Of a DNA stretch of 64,000 nucleotides, positions 1 through 13,720 are shown piece after piece (position 1 is the first letter of the stretch; each line of letters begins with the position of its first letter). The DNA is from Octopus bimaculoides (Eukaryota), in NCBI RefSeq assembly GCF_001194135.2, contig NC_068983.1, positions 59,664,508 to 59,728,507 on the forward strand, given 5' to 3'. The notes beneath the pieces were generated by a model. The model did not search any database and was not told the origin of the DNA. It worked only from the letters and a program-made list of their open reading frames with translations. Both the position numbers and the translations under genes were made by a program.

Positions 1-262
1 TAACAGAAGTTAGGTTGTGAATACTCCAGATTTCATAACTTTAGGTACTGTAGTGAATCCATGATTAAGATGATAAAGACAAAGCTAACAGGTGCTATAA
101 CATGACCTTAAGCAAGACTCTTTCTTTTCTTTTCACAAAAATTAAGGTATTATTGAAGAATAACAACAACCAAGTTTAATAGATGATCCCTTTCTTAGAT
201 TAGTAAAAAAATTTTAATAAAACTCAAAAATGGTTTGTTCTCAAAATTAATATCAGTACAAT

Positions 263-680
263 ATGGGTGTGAGGGTTAGCAGTTTACTTCCCAACCATAT
301 GGCTTTATGTTCAGTCTTTCTGCATAACACTTTGGACAAGTGTCTTCAACTACAGCCCCAAGCCAACCAAATAGGACTTGGTAGATGGAAACTGGAAATA
401 CTTCCCGTGTGTGTGTGTGTGTGTGTGTATGTGTTAGATTATCTTGGCATCACATGATAGATGTGAAAATTAGTGCCATTGTCATTACAAGCAGTGTCAT
501 TCATTTCCAGTATTCTTCAAAAGCATGTCTGACCAAGGGGAAATATTAATTTGCTTGGAAACAGTTGAGGATTGGCGACAGGAAGAGCATCTGGCTGTAG
601 AAAATCAACCTTGGTGAATTCTATCTGATCCATGCAAACATGAAAAAGTAGATGTTATAATGACAATGACAACAACATTG
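263..680 (+). mobile_element. tRNA-derived SINE (head, (TG)n linker, 3' module ending in (ATG)-like tail)
   Basis: Degenerate A/B-box-like head; the body (gacaagtgtcttcaactacagc; ggaagagcatctggctgtagaaa) recurs at 21700, 25480 and 50520. Confidence 0.7.
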
Positions 681-1526
681 ACAATGATGCTGATGTTCAT
701 TTATTTTTGTTATTATTTTCAAGTGTTTTATATTCACATTTACTGAAAATTAAAATTTTTTTTAATTTATAGCATAGTTATTGAATAAAATATATTTCCT
801 GTAAATTTCTCCTTCACATTATACACATTACATTGGTATATATGAAGAGAGAAACATATGTTTGAAGTCAATTATAAAGGAAGTGCTGTCCAAAAATACT
901 ATTTTTAAATATTGCATTTTTAAAAACAGTAATAAACACATCTGCGAATGTTACACAATTCTAACCTTGAAGTATCTATTTGTCTATACAAGCACAGATT
1001 GAGAAACAAAACAAATTTGATATTTGTTATTTCTTTTGACAATTTACTTTACTTCTAAACACTATTCATTCTACTATAGGTAGATCCTATTTTTAACAAG
1101 AGTGACTGTAAGAAGAAATGCAATGTTACTCGATTAGAAGTACAATGTAATAGCCATGAAGTCGATTCAATTCAGCTGTCTAAACTGCTATTTAATAGAA
1201 ACAATGAAGAAATTTACTTTTTATTCCTCAAATCTTATGTTTATTCTTTTTATAAAGTGCAACTTAATTATTTATATTAAATGTAACTTTATATTGAACT
1301 TAAAGAAATAATAAAGATAGCAATAATATTACATACTTTTCTTGTGATGGCATTTCTGTATCCTTGAGTGCTATGATTTAAACCGTCATAACTATGGAAG
1401 AAAATCAAAGACATAAATGAAATCTTTAATATAATGAAACAAATTCATGTTATGTTTTAAACAAATTTAACTATAGAATGTAATCAAAGAAATAGTCAAA
1501 AAAATTTTTGACATACTACAATGGTG

Positions 1527-2340
1527 TTATAATAATAATAATAAGAAGAAGAAGAAGAAGAAGAAGAAGAAACTTATTGTATACAGTGCTCAGGTGCATT
1601 ACAACTCATCAGAAAAGTAACCAAAACTGCATGAACAGTACATAGAATATGCACAGGAAGCAAACAGTCTACACAAAAAAGAAAAAAATACATTTAGGCA
1701 TCAGGTGGATAATCTTGTGGGTATCTACAAAGTCAGTTGCCAGATGTCAGAGATTTAATGTGTCCATGCCAAGGGAAGCAAGATGTTCATAGTATGGTAG
1801 ATACCCAATGGCAAGTATTCACTGGACACATTTCTGAACAGTTTCCAGGGGATTGATATGCTGAAGAAGACAGGGGTTCCAGACTGGTGATGCAAACTCT
1901 AAGTATGGACATACCATAGTCATATACAGCTTTAAATAGATAGCTAGAGAGCGACTGATAAAAGTCTTACAAAGTGATGCTAAAACATCTTCAGCCTTCT
2001 TGACAATCTTAGAGATGTGGTTTGTTCAATGCAGATTGCTGCTGATAAATAATACCCCCACCACATTCACTAACAAACATCTCAAGATTGGTGTTGTTGA
2101 AGGAGTATGTAAAAGCTGAGTTCTTCCTCCCAAAATGTATGGTGGCACACTTGTCCACAGCCAGCTTGAGTTGTCAGTTGGTCATCCACTGCTGCATTGT
2201 GTCCAGGTCTGATTGCAGGAAAGATCAGCATATAGGATTTGTTCTTTCTATCTCAAGATATAACTTGATGTCATCTGCATATTTCAACACTGTAATATTC
2301 TTCAAGTTGCCACCAACAACAGGAGTCCAAGAACTGACAT
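1527..2340 (-). mobile_element. CR1-clade LINE, 3' fragment (reverse transcriptase C-terminal half with simple-repeat tail), degenerate
   Basis: Minus strand reads VLKYADDIKLY...LQSDLDTMQQWMTN*QLKLAVDKCATIHFGRKN, the CR1 RT YADD motif and downstream conserved block. (AAT)n(AAG)n at about 1527-1571 fits a 3' tail. Confidence 0.85.
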
Positions 2341-3019
2341 TATGATGATGGATGGAGGGATTTATTTAAGTAAAACTGTATGTCTAAATAGAAATTTAAA
2401 AAATGCAAAATGATATAATAGATTTTACACAACTCTCATGAGTTAGATATTGTTTGCACTAAAGGGTAATTTAGTTCATCATCATCATCATTTTTATGTC
2501 CACTTTTTTCATGTTTGCATGGGGTGGACAAGACTTATGTCACTCCTTACTTGTTTGTATATGGGAGGTATGAATAACATTACACTACAGAAATTGTGTC
2601 AATGTAAAGCAAGATGGAAACACACACAAACACTCACACACACACATGTATGTGTTGTGTGTGTTTGTGCTGCTTTCATTATTTTATAGTTCTCACATTA
2701 GCATTTCACTAAATCAGCCACAAATTTATATGGTAAATATATATATATACTGACAGTCTGAATTTAGACAAACCAATCAGCAATGGAGTAGTCACTACTG
2801 ACAAGCTTGTAATTATTCAGACGAAACTAGTCTAGTGACCTAGTTTCACTTATGGGACAGTTATCTCCCCTGTCAGTTTATGAAAATGTGCTTTTTTGCA
2901 GATCTAAAGGTTTTAACTTTTATTTCTAACAAAATAGGTGCTGCCCAGCACCCTCAGTCACATTTAGTGACATTTGAATTATACACACATGCACATACAC
3001 GCATGCACACATACACACA

Positions 3020-3055
<36 letters not shown>

Positions 3056-3094
3056 AATATAGAAATCAGTGGCAGCTTTATCTTGTATCTGAGA

Positions 3095-3326
3095 ATTTAG
3101 TTTCTTTGCCAAATGCTTCCTTTATTGTGATGCCAATGATGATTGTAGACCAATTCTTGCATTGAAGAGCCAATGGCATTGACTGCACGGTAACGTTGGT
3201 GGAGGACAAGATTGATTTTGTCAAGCCTTTCACTCCTGTCATTTGATTTCTTCAATTTCTCTTTTGGTGGCTTCAAAGTTTTCAGTTCCAATGGTGATGG
3301 AACACCGCCACTTTTACTTCATACTT
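3095..3326 (-). mobile_element. RTE (BovB-like) LINE ORF C-terminus, degenerate
   Basis: Minus frame WRCSITIGTENFEATKREIEEIK*QE*KA*QNQSCPPPTLPCSQCHWLFNARIGLQS matches the RTE C-terminal C-x2-C...F-x-ARIGL motif. The TGA stops sit where CGA (Arg) is expected. Confidence 0.8.
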
Positions 3327-3338
3327 ATAACATACCTT

Positions 3339-3720
3339 GTGGAGGCACATTGGCCCAGTGGTTAGGGCAGCGGACTCGCGGTCATAGGATCGCGGTTTCG
3401 ATTCCCAGACTGGGCGTTGTGAGTGCTTATTGAGCGAAAATACCTAAAGCTCCACGAGGCTCCGGCAGGGGATGGTGGCAAACTCTGCTGTACTCTTTCA
3501 CCACAACTTCTTCTCACTTTTTCTTCCTGTTTCTGTTGTACCTGTATTTCAAGGGGCCAGCCTTGTCACTCTGTGTCACACTGAATATCCCCGAGAACTA
3601 CGTTAAGGGTACACGTGTCTGTGGAGTGCTCAGACACTTGCATGTTAATTTCACGAGCAGGCTGTTCCGTTGATCAGATCAACTGGAACCCTCAACGTCG
3701 TAAGCCACGGAGCGCCAACA
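3339..3720 (+). mobile_element. Young full-length tRNA-derived SINE with 12-bp target-site duplication
   Basis: A box (tggcccagtgg), B box (ggtttcgattccc) and retained CpGs. TSD ATAACATACCTT at 3327-3338 and 3721-3732. Confidence 0.9.
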
Positions 3721-4339
3721 ATAACATACCTTACCATATGTCTGACTTCAGATATTTCAGTTCTGTCACAGAATGCAATAAAGTGTTCTCTTGCTAATCC
3801 ATTGTGGTTAGGTATCCAACTGCAATTGGAACATCCAATGCTGAATTGCAAATAACTGCAATGGGGAAATGTATGTAGAAACTTGACCTTTAATCTGATT
3901 ATCTGAATTTTTCACTACATATGCTCTGTATATCACAACTAGTAATCCTGCTAAGTATACTGGTCAACTAACCATTATACTGAAAACCGATTAGACAATG
4001 ATAATCTAGATGGAGCTCTATCTCATACAGTAGTAGCCATACATCTAACTGTACACACAAGATACACACACACACACACACATACAAACAGTTTCTCTCT
4101 ATTAAGATTTCACTGAAAAGTTCAGCCTAAGATTTTAGTAGAAGGCACTTTATCCAAGATGGCACATAATGGGATGAAGCCAAAGACCATATGCTTGCAA
4201 AACAAACTTCTTAAACTCATGCGCACACACACACACACACACACATATAAAATTTCAAAACATTTTCATTTTCGTTTTAAATGTTTTAGTGAAAAAGTCT
4301 TTATTCTATAACAGCAACTATGTAATAGTCTTTTCTGAG

Positions 4340-4377
<38 letters not shown>

Positions 4378-5641
4378 TTCTAAATATACATGTATATTCT
4401 AAAATTTTACTATACGAACACAAGATGTTTGTGTTAGCAGGAGTTCTTTTTTTAAAAATAATCTAATCATTTTCCATTTGTGTTCATTGACTTAAGCACT
4501 TATATTTTCATTCTCAAAGTAATTTTGTCTAAATAACTAAGTCTGCTATAAAAAAAATAATAAAACAAATTATTCTTTCTGGTAGTCTTTAAAAATAATT
4601 TTACATTTCAATTTTTAACTTGCTCCTGGCAAATGTGTTGCAAAAAGATATTAGTCAGCATTTATGTTGTGAATATTTTCTGTTTTATTTACTAATCTAA
4701 ATCAGACATTCCAAGGTTATTTTAAATATAAACATTTCTGCATCTCCAGAACACCTAGGAAAATCAAGTAATTCTTTTGAAAACTAAATTGTAACTTAAT
4801 TTTATATATCAACAATATTTATGATGAATTCATTTTTGTTTGTCCATCTGTTTTACATCCATCTTTCCATTCTGGCATGGGTTAGATGAGTATATAGTAT
4901 TGAAGCAGCATTGTTTTACAGCTGGATACCCTTCTTATTGCTAATTCCTAATCTATGTATTATTTATAATTCATTTTGTCTTCAAAAGTGCAAAGCTAGC
5001 AGATAAAATATTGGTAGGGAATGTCTGCAAACTTCAGTTTGTAATTCAGCACATTTTTGTGTCAAATGCAAAATATAAGCATTCACATATGCACTAACAC
5101 TAACACACATATACACATGCATATAGAGCTAGATAGATAGACAGACAGATAGGTGAATATATAGACAGGTATATGATGGCCTTTGTAGTTTCTATTTACA
5201 ACATACACTCTCAAAGCATTGTCTTGGAGCTATTGTAAAAGATAGCCAAGTTGCAACATAGTGGAACTGAACCTATAACTATGAGTTTAAGAAGTGGACT
5301 TCTTGACCATACAGCTATTCCAGCACCTGTATTATGAATATGTATTTTTACTGTACTTTCTGACCCACAAATCCACTTAAAATTTTATGCCTACCCTAGA
5401 TTATTTTTTAATATTTCATTCAATAAAAGCAGTAGTTTTTCTTGTTTTGTTTCACTGCCATCACCTTAGCATAACATTTAATTTAATCTGACGTAAGTTT
5501 GGCATTAATGAAGTAATGCTAATAATTTGGACAAATATACACATCTATATAATCTATATATAGTCTAATATTTCAATTGTGATGATTTTCAAGCATCTTC
5601 AACTTCTACTAAATATGCAAGGTCACAGTTTTCTTTTGTAG

Positions 5642-5743
5642 AAAACAGATGATATTGGACTAAGCAAGACAAGAGGAGACACATGGGATAAAGAGTTGTT
5701 GAAGAGGTCACAGGATGTACGACAAAAGAGCTTTGACAAATAA
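5642..5743 (+). CDS. Probable terminal coding exon of an unidentified upstream gene (KTDDIGLSKTRGDTWDKELLKRSQDVRQKSFDK*)
   Basis: Acceptor ttttcttttgtag at 5629-5641; 33 open codons with coding-like purine-rich composition ending in TAA at 5741-5743; AATAAA at 5758-5763. Protein not recognised. Confidence 0.5.
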   Translation, partial: KTDDIGLSKTRGDTWDKELLKRSQDVRQKSFDK

Positions 5744-5840
5744 ATTAAAACAATAATAATAAAGCTGAAGTGAAAACCAAATATAATTGGCAAAATATGA
5801 CCATCCCCAAATAACACAATATCTTGTAAAATCGTTTATC

Positions 5841-6218
5841 TTTTACTTGTTTCAGTCATTAGACTGTAGCCATGCTGGGGCACTGCCTTGAAGAATTCTT
5901 AGTCAAATGAATCAACACTAGTACTTTTTTTAAGCCTAGTACTTATTCTATCAGTCTCTTTAGATGAACTGATGAATTACAGCAGTATAAACACACAGTC
6001 ACTGTGATTACCAAGCAGTGGGAGTGGGGAACACAAAAACGAAGACACACAAGCAAATAAATATATATGATGGGCTTCTTCCAGCTTCCATCTAGAAAAT
6101 CCATTCACAAGGCTTTGGTCAGCCACTAACTATGACACTTGCCCAAGGTGCCATGCAGTCAGACTGAACCTGAAACCATGTGGTTAGGAAGCAAGCTTCT
6201 TACCACACAGCCAAGCCT
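5841..6218 (-). mobile_element. tRNA-derived SINE, family A, near full length
   Basis: Collinear with copies at 8440, 9672, 32272 and 47845; the reverse complement starts GGCTTGGCTGTGTGGTAAGAAGCTTG...GGTTTCAGGTTCAGTC (A/B boxes). Confidence 0.85.
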
Positions 6219-6360
6219 GTACTTTTTTTCTTTACTTTGTTAAAAGTAAAAAAAGAAAAAGAAATAGTACCCCTTCTCTGCCTTTCTCTCTTTCTTCCTC
6301 CCTCTTTCTTCCTCCCTCTATCTTTCTCTCTCTCTCTCTCTCTCTCTCTCNNNNNNNNNN

Positions 6361-6400
<40 letters not shown>

Positions 6401-6779
6401 TCTTCTTTTTCTTCTCACTCTGGTTACTATGCGCAATTGATTTTATTCAGTGCTGTTAAATCTGTAACTGATTGTCTTGCATGTTTCTACTCATTGAATG
6501 TGTATAAATATATAAACAATTATAGCTGAGTGGGCAATTGTAGTAATAACATCACTGGCAAATTGTATTAGGGAGATCACTGGAAACAGCAGATAGAAGA
6601 TAATTCTACTCTAGTGGACTATAAAAAAAAAAGAGAAATTCCTTAAGGAATGCATGCTGGGCAGGAATTTGATAACAATCTTACATGTGCTATTTGATGC
6701 AAATAAGTTATTCATTCAGTTATTTGGTAGCTAACACAGTTGAACTGTTTACACATTATATCTTTTTATTCAGTAACAG

Positions 6780-6850
6780 CATTCACACACACATACATAT
6801 GTGTATATATAAATATATATATATATGTATTATATTTGTATAATGCATGT

Positions 6851-6899
<49 letters not shown>

Positions 6900-6991
6900 A
6901 ATACATATATTTGTTTCTACACATGTGTGTGCATATATATGTATGTTTATATGTATACATACATGTATATATACAAGTATAACATATATAC

Positions 6992-7041
<50 letters not shown>

Positions 7042-7045
7042 ATAC
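6780..7045. repeat. Compound (CA)n/(TA)n/(TG)n microsatellite cluster
   Basis: Dinucleotide runs directly visible; they explain the YI/HT/CV ORFs. Confidence 0.95.
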
Positions 7046-7699
7046 ACTCATTAATACCTACACAAGTGCATCTGCACATACATACACTGCAAAATAATTG
7101 ACCACTACCATAACTTGATTTTGTAGCTTTGTTCATTTGAAATATTCATGAATTTACTCATCCATGTGTAAAATAGAAGAACATATCTCTTTGATAGCTG
7201 CATTAGTTAATAGACTCAATTTATGGAGGTTATTCAAATATTAGAGTTATTTTGTTTGCATTTTATCCATGTCACTTAACCAATCCATCATCAGATTTCA
7301 TGGCTATTTTCATTTGTATGTGTCTAACTAAATCAACCAGCTTAAATCTGATTCCATTTTCCATCCAATTATATCACTGCAGCCAATATATATCTCTTCT
7401 AAAGAAAATATTTCATGCATTGTGAATAATTTTAAATATTGCACAAAAATATAGCTGCTTTTTCATTATATTTATGTGTGTATGTATATATATATATATA
7501 TATATATATACATACATACACATAACACTAATAACTGTTTTTTAACTAATGCAGTTAGTGGATACTTATACTATTATGATTATAGGAATGGCAGGCAATC
7601 CTGGCAGACTCTTTGATCCTGGTTCATTTCCTCTAACTCTCATTCCTTCCCACCCCGTCCATTAATGGGATAGTAATGATCACCTATTAATTGAGAGCT

Positions 7700-8130
7700 C
7701 TAATAATCCTTTCTACTACAGGCACAAGGCTTGAAATTTTGGGTGGGTGGGTAAGTGAATTAGATCAACACCAATTGTCAACAGATACTTATTTCATCAA
7801 CCTTGAAATGATGAAAGACAAAGTTAACCTTGGCAGAATTTGAACTCAGAATGTAAAGCCAGACAAAATGTTGTTAAACATTTCATCCAGTGTGCTAACA
7901 ATCTTGCTAGTTCTTATTTTGATTGCTCTAATAATGGTTTCAAATTTTGGCACAAGGCCAACAATTTCAGTGGGAGAGGGTAAGTCGATTACATCAATCC
8001 CAGTGTTCAACTGGTACTTAATTCATTGACTCTGAAAGCATAAAAGGCAAAGTTGACCTCAGAATGTAAAGACAGACAAAATGCTATTAAGTATTTCACC
8101 CAGAATGCGAATGATTCTGCCAGCACACCA
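7700..8130 (-). mobile_element. Two tandem copies of SINE family C (about 7700-7915 and 7935-8130)
   Basis: Both contain gaaagacaaagttaacct/ggcaaagttgacctc...gaactcagaatgtaaag...gacaaaatg, the reverse of the + copies at 26060, 47201, 56115 and 56445. Confidence 0.7.
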
Positions 8131-8439
8131 CCTTATTTTAATAACTCATCTCTAATAATGACAGGTCAATCATTGCTGATGTAACTTGGGTCATTATCAT
8201 GTTAAGATTTAGTACATGTCCATCATTCCATTTCTGGAACCTTTTTGAAACAGTGTGCTATGATAACCAATTCATCAATACATAAATGTTTTTATATACA
8301 TCCTCTTTTAAACTCTTGAACTGTTATCTCAAGCATTATAATGAAAAGAAAAGACCTGAAGACAGAACTCTGATTCACACTGAATTCCTTCCAGTTCAAA
8401 ACTTGTTTGAACTTTACTCCTGAGTTATTTGTACTTTTT

Positions 8440-8808
8440 ATCTTTTGTTTCAGTCATTGTACTCTGTCCATGCTGGAGCACCGCTTTGAAGGATATTTTA
8501 GTTAAATGAATTGACCCCAGTACTTATTTTTTTTAAAGCCTGGTACTTATTCTATCACTCGCTTTTGCCAAATCAGTAAGTTACAGGGATGTAAACACAC
8601 CAACACCAATTGGCAAGCAGTGATGGGACACACACACATATACAATACGATGTGCTTCTTTCAGTTTTCATCTACCAAACCCACTCACAAGGCTTTGGTT
8701 GGTGTGAGGCTATAGTAGCAGACATTTGTCTGAAGTACCACACAGTGGGACTGAACTCAGAACCTAGTGGTTAAAAAGCAAGCTTCTTACTACTCAGCCA
8801 CGCCTATG
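8440..8808 (-). mobile_element. tRNA-derived SINE, family A
   Basis: Collinear with 5841-6218. Confidence 0.85.
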
Positions 8809-9671
8809 CCTATATCAAACATTTTATCATCCACAATATTACTGGGTAGTATCTTTTCTAATTCAATTAAAGCAAAGTAGAGCTACTTGCTTTTAGCTAA
8901 GAATTCCAGCATGCATATCTACTGCTAGAATTATAATGAGTGTGGTTTTTGTCCTGATACAAGTTTAACCTGAAACTCCCTGCCACTCTCAGTACATGAA
9001 TCTCTTGAATTAACTGTCTTCTATGCATTTCCTTTGTCATTGTAACAGCTTTTGATAATACTTCTTTCCAGACATTACAGTTGAAACTGTCCACTAAAAC
9101 TTATTTATACAAATAACCAATAAAATACTTAAAAATACTGGTGCTTGAGTTTCTGTAATTAACTGTCTCCAGTACATTGTCATTGTCATTGCAGCAGCTT
9201 TTGAAAGCATTGCATGCCAGACATTACATATAATACCATCCAGCAAAACTTAATTAATTACACAGTACCTAAAAAGACCGATGCTTTCAGCATCTCAGTA
9301 TCTAAGCTGGATAGACTGGCAGTTCATCCATACTAACCATGTTTGTAATAAGCTCCTTTATAGCTGGCTTGTCCAGTTTCATAATCCATAATATCCATCG
9401 TTTCCTAATCCCAGGACAAAGTGAACTGATAGTGTTTCATACACATTTCTATTCAATGGCATTTTACTTCATATAAATGTTCTGTCCGGCAGTTTGGAAT
9501 TACTCAGGTAGTCAGAGACATAGCATATGATGGTCACAGATGTTGTGTATTCTGATGCCATCATTCCTATGTGGCTGGGTTGACCTTATTTTTTATATTT
9601 GTATTTAGTTTTATTTGCAATTAATTGTATTTATTTATATTTATTTAATTTTTTAATTTTATCTTTTACCA

Positions 9672-10050
9672 TTTACTTGTTTCAGTCATTAAACAGCAGC
9701 CATGCTAGGACACTGCCTTGAAGAATTTTTACTCAAATAAATTGACCCCAGTACTTAATTTCTTAAGCCTATTACTTATTCTATCAGTCTCTTTTGTCGA
9801 ATTGCTAAGTTACATGGATGTAAACACACCAACACCAGTTGTCAAATGGTGGTGGGTGGATAAACACAGACTCAAAGACACACATATATACAACAGGCTT
9901 CTTTCTGTTTCTGTCAACCCCAAATTCACTCACAAGGTTTTGGTTGACCTGAAGCCATAGTAGAAGGTACTTGCCCAAAGTGCATGCAATGGGACTGAAC
10001 CTGGAACCATGTGGTTCAAAAGCAAACTTCTTACCACAAAGCCATGCTTG
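9672..10050 (-). mobile_element. tRNA-derived SINE, family A
   Basis: Collinear with 5841-6218. Confidence 0.85.
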
Positions 10051-10659
10051 CTGTATATATTTGTTATTCTTAATTCTATTTATTTGTATATTTCAAATTT
10101 TTCTTAAAATATCAATGTATTACATTTTATACATCCTCTTCTCATTGAATAGAAAATTCACAACCCTCCTATCCTATTCTCATTTCCCTTGGTTAAGAAA
10201 ATTTTCTTTCCCATTGATGTTAGTTCCTACTCCATTTTCTATCTCATTATATGACTTATCTCCTAGCTAAATTATCTACCGATCTATGAACCAACAAGGG
10301 AACCTGTACACAATTATATGGATTGAAAGAAATAGCAGCCAAATTTTCTTCAGTTCACACTCCACTAGTTTAATGATAAAGAATACATTAGATAGTGGAG
10401 TCTTTGATATGAAAGAAGACAAGATGGTCATGATTGAAACATCTTTCTTTGATCATAAGACTGCCTGATCAGAAAACCATGTGTTAAAGAGTAACTCCTC
10501 CTCATTCTCTTCCAACCCTAAGTAATTCACTGATTGGAGGTTGCCCAACTCATTTCACAGATATAGACAATTGTTTGCAACTGGTTTCTTGTTATTCACT
10601 TGAATATCACATCCTTTAGAAAATGTTGTGTCTATACTGGCTTTAAAGTTAAGTATAAG

Positions 10660-10950
10660 CATGCATGGCTCAGTGGTTAGAGCATCAGGTATACCATCAT
10701 GTGGTAGTGAGTTGGATTTCAAGACCGGACTATGTGTTGTGTTCTTGAGCAAGACACTTTATTTCACACTGCTCCAGTTCATTCAGCTGCAGAAAAGAGT
10801 TGTAATGTCACTGGTGCCAAGCTGTATTGGCATTTGGTATGCATTTGTGACTGCTGGTCTTCCATAAACAACCTTGCCCGGATTTGTGCTTCAGATGGTA
10901 ACTTTCTAGGTGCAATCCCATGGTCATTCATGACCAAAGGGGGACTTTAC
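10660..10950 (+). mobile_element. tRNA-derived SINE, a further family
   Basis: Head tggctcagtggttagagc (A box) followed by gtgttcttgagcaagacactttatttcacactgctcc. Confidence 0.65.
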
Positions 10951-13474
10951 CTTTTACATATTGAATCAAAGAAAGAGATTATACATAATTCTTTGACCAT
11001 ACTAGAAATAACAGTCAAATCTTCTTGAAATCACTCTATACCATGTTGCAAAAAGGACACATTCAATGATATATTGTTATAAATATACAATACTTGAATA
11101 AAAGATGAGCTGGTCATGAATGGAATGCCTTTGATCATTGTTGTGCTTGATCAGAGCTGACCTAAGGCTAAAAAAAATACAACAATAAATAACAGCAGCA
11201 ACAATGATAGCTATGGAGAATACAGAAAAATTTCATGTAGGAGGTAAGATATAGGAAATTTTCACAATGTGATATAATTTCAAACAACATTATCATTAAT
11301 CATGAACAACATAATCTTATATATAATAAACAAAACAAAACCAAAAATAGAAAAAAAAAGAAAACAAGCTGCATCAGTGATTCTGCTCAGAGTTATAGAG
11401 TGAATATAATCGATCGATCAGTGTGTCAATCAATAGATGTATGTTATGTGCATAGATATACTTATAATAAGTAATTGTACAGAAATATACATATATCACT
11501 ACTAATTCAAGAACATTTTCTTGAAAGCATTTTCTCATTAGTTTAAAACGAAAATATAAGAATTACAGATATGGTACATAATTTTATCATCATTTGTATT
11601 ACATTTAATAGACTAAAGTTAACTGCGCACTCTTCTACTTGTAGTTTTGAAGTTATATACAAAAGCAAAGCAAAGTAGCATCAATAAATCTTGAAATAGA
11701 TATCCTATGCTCATTTCCTTTAACATGACATTTCGGTATTTCATACAGCCAGGAAATCCTTTAGGATATAAAAATAACAAGCAAATAATAACATTTCTAT
11801 CAGACTCATTTCCATTTTCAAATCATCTGGGGAAATCTGAAGAAGTGATTGCCTTTCATTGCTACTGTTTGCAACAAGCTAATTATCTGTATAGTAGCAT
11901 ACTTACTTTAGTTATTGTAGAATGCCCAGACAACAGTACCAACTACTGACTATTCTCTTATCAGGAAAGCAATAAATGGTTTTTGCAATATTATTAGATC
12001 CAACTATTAAATGGACTCTCTTCAGTTTGAGAGAAAACTCTTTGGCTACATCCCCATACCTCCTCTACTCCTAACCCCATTCAGGCCATTACAGATTATT
12101 AGACAAGCATCTGCTATTCAATAACGAATATTACTGAATTCTTTTTGTATCAAATTGATACTTCAGCCATTTCAACTGCTCATTCCCCAAACCATTGTTA
12201 ACATATAAACTATTGTAACATATATTTTCCAATAGAAATTCAATAGTTTACAAGTTGGAATTATTATCTTATACAAATTGAGAGCTAACATTCTTGTTTT
12301 ATTATTTGTGATTTTGTTTTATTTCATACACGTAATTGATGAAACTTTCATTGATTCCTGAACATATGATGTATGTTTAAATTAGATCTTTTTTAATACT
12401 ACTTATCATTATCAACCAAAAACATAAAAATGAAATGACAAAAAGAATAACTGAAACCTTTTTAGATATTAATTAAATTTCTTCATATATTTATTATGAC
12501 TTGATCATCATGTCCTGGTGATGTCATCAGTTAAGATCAAGATTAGGATAAGTAATAATCCCCCATCTAAATATTTTGAAAACCTATTTTACATATAAAC
12601 AGGGATATATGCTGTGTTATTTAATCATAATCTGTATTACTGAAGAAACCTTTGTGCATTATAACACTACTTTGAGGTCTTGGTTTGATCATTCCATTCA
12701 CATTGATAAAATATCAATGACTAATAAATATATTATAGCTACATGTAAAAGCAATATTTAAAATTTTTAAAAATCCTATCCATAATTTCAGTCTTTGGCT
12801 TTCTTTATGCATATTTCTGTTCTCACCATAGTCCATGACTCAATATCATCAAGCTAGACTCTCTCTCTTGCTCAACCTCTTTTCTTTCATTTTTCTATGC
12901 TCACTCATATAATGTAAGCTAGACTTAAAACACCTACACAATCCATCCTACTACCTTTCCATTCAGTTCCCTAGTTTTCTCAATAACTTCTGACACTTAC
13001 CCCTTCTCTTTCCCTTGCTTCTCATTGTACTCTGCTTTCTACAATTAGTGCCAGCTCCAGTTCTCACTCAGCTATCACCTTATTGTAACTAGGAATCTAT
13101 TTCTCTCATCTTAGTTATCCTCATTCTTTCTTACTCTGTATGTGTGTATTATTCCTTCATTTGTTGCTTGCCACTAAGCCTAGTATGTGCACTCATCCTG
13201 CCCTTTTATGTTGACCATCTTAGTATCTCTCTTTTATTCTCTCTCCCCCTCTATATGATGTAAAGCTTGACTGGAGAAATTAACCAACTGACCAACATTT
13301 ATATCCATTGTCATTATACAGAAATAATCGCAAACAGGGTGTGGATCTAGTGGTCAGTTAATTGAAGGAGTTTGGTCTATGATTGAGTATGGAGATGGAT
13401 TTGAACTCAGCACTACAAACTAGCAATAATATCTTCCAAAGATAATTCAAATACAAGGATACTGTTATCATCAT

Positions 13475-13720
13475 CATCATCATCATCATCATCTTCAACC
13501 ATCATTTAACATCCAGCTTCTTTAGATGTTAAATAATGATGATGATAGGATGGTTTGACAGGCTTGAAGATTCCAAGAACTGCATCAGGCTCTACTGGCC
13601 ACTTTAGAATAGTTTCTGAGACTTGAGGACCCTTCCTAATACCAACCACTTTACAAAGTGTACTGGATGTTTTTTTCATGTTACTAGCACGGACAGGAAT
13701 TGTTAGGGTCTCTCCAATGG
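13475..13720 (-). mobile_element. SINE/LINE 3' module (family D) with (ATC)n tail
   Basis: Reverse of the agcatccag...gtggttgg...aagg...ccagctg...atgatgatg module seen at 51880 and 54195. Confidence 0.6.

Noticed and set aside
3341-3415. tRNA-like sequence
   Set aside because: It continues into a SINE body with a TSD and lacks a proper acceptor stem and anticodon arm; it is a SINE head, not a tRNA gene.
6740-7136. ORFs rich in YI/HT/CV/RE/LS dipeptides here and throughout the window
   Set aside because: They are translations of dinucleotide and trinucleotide microsatellites.
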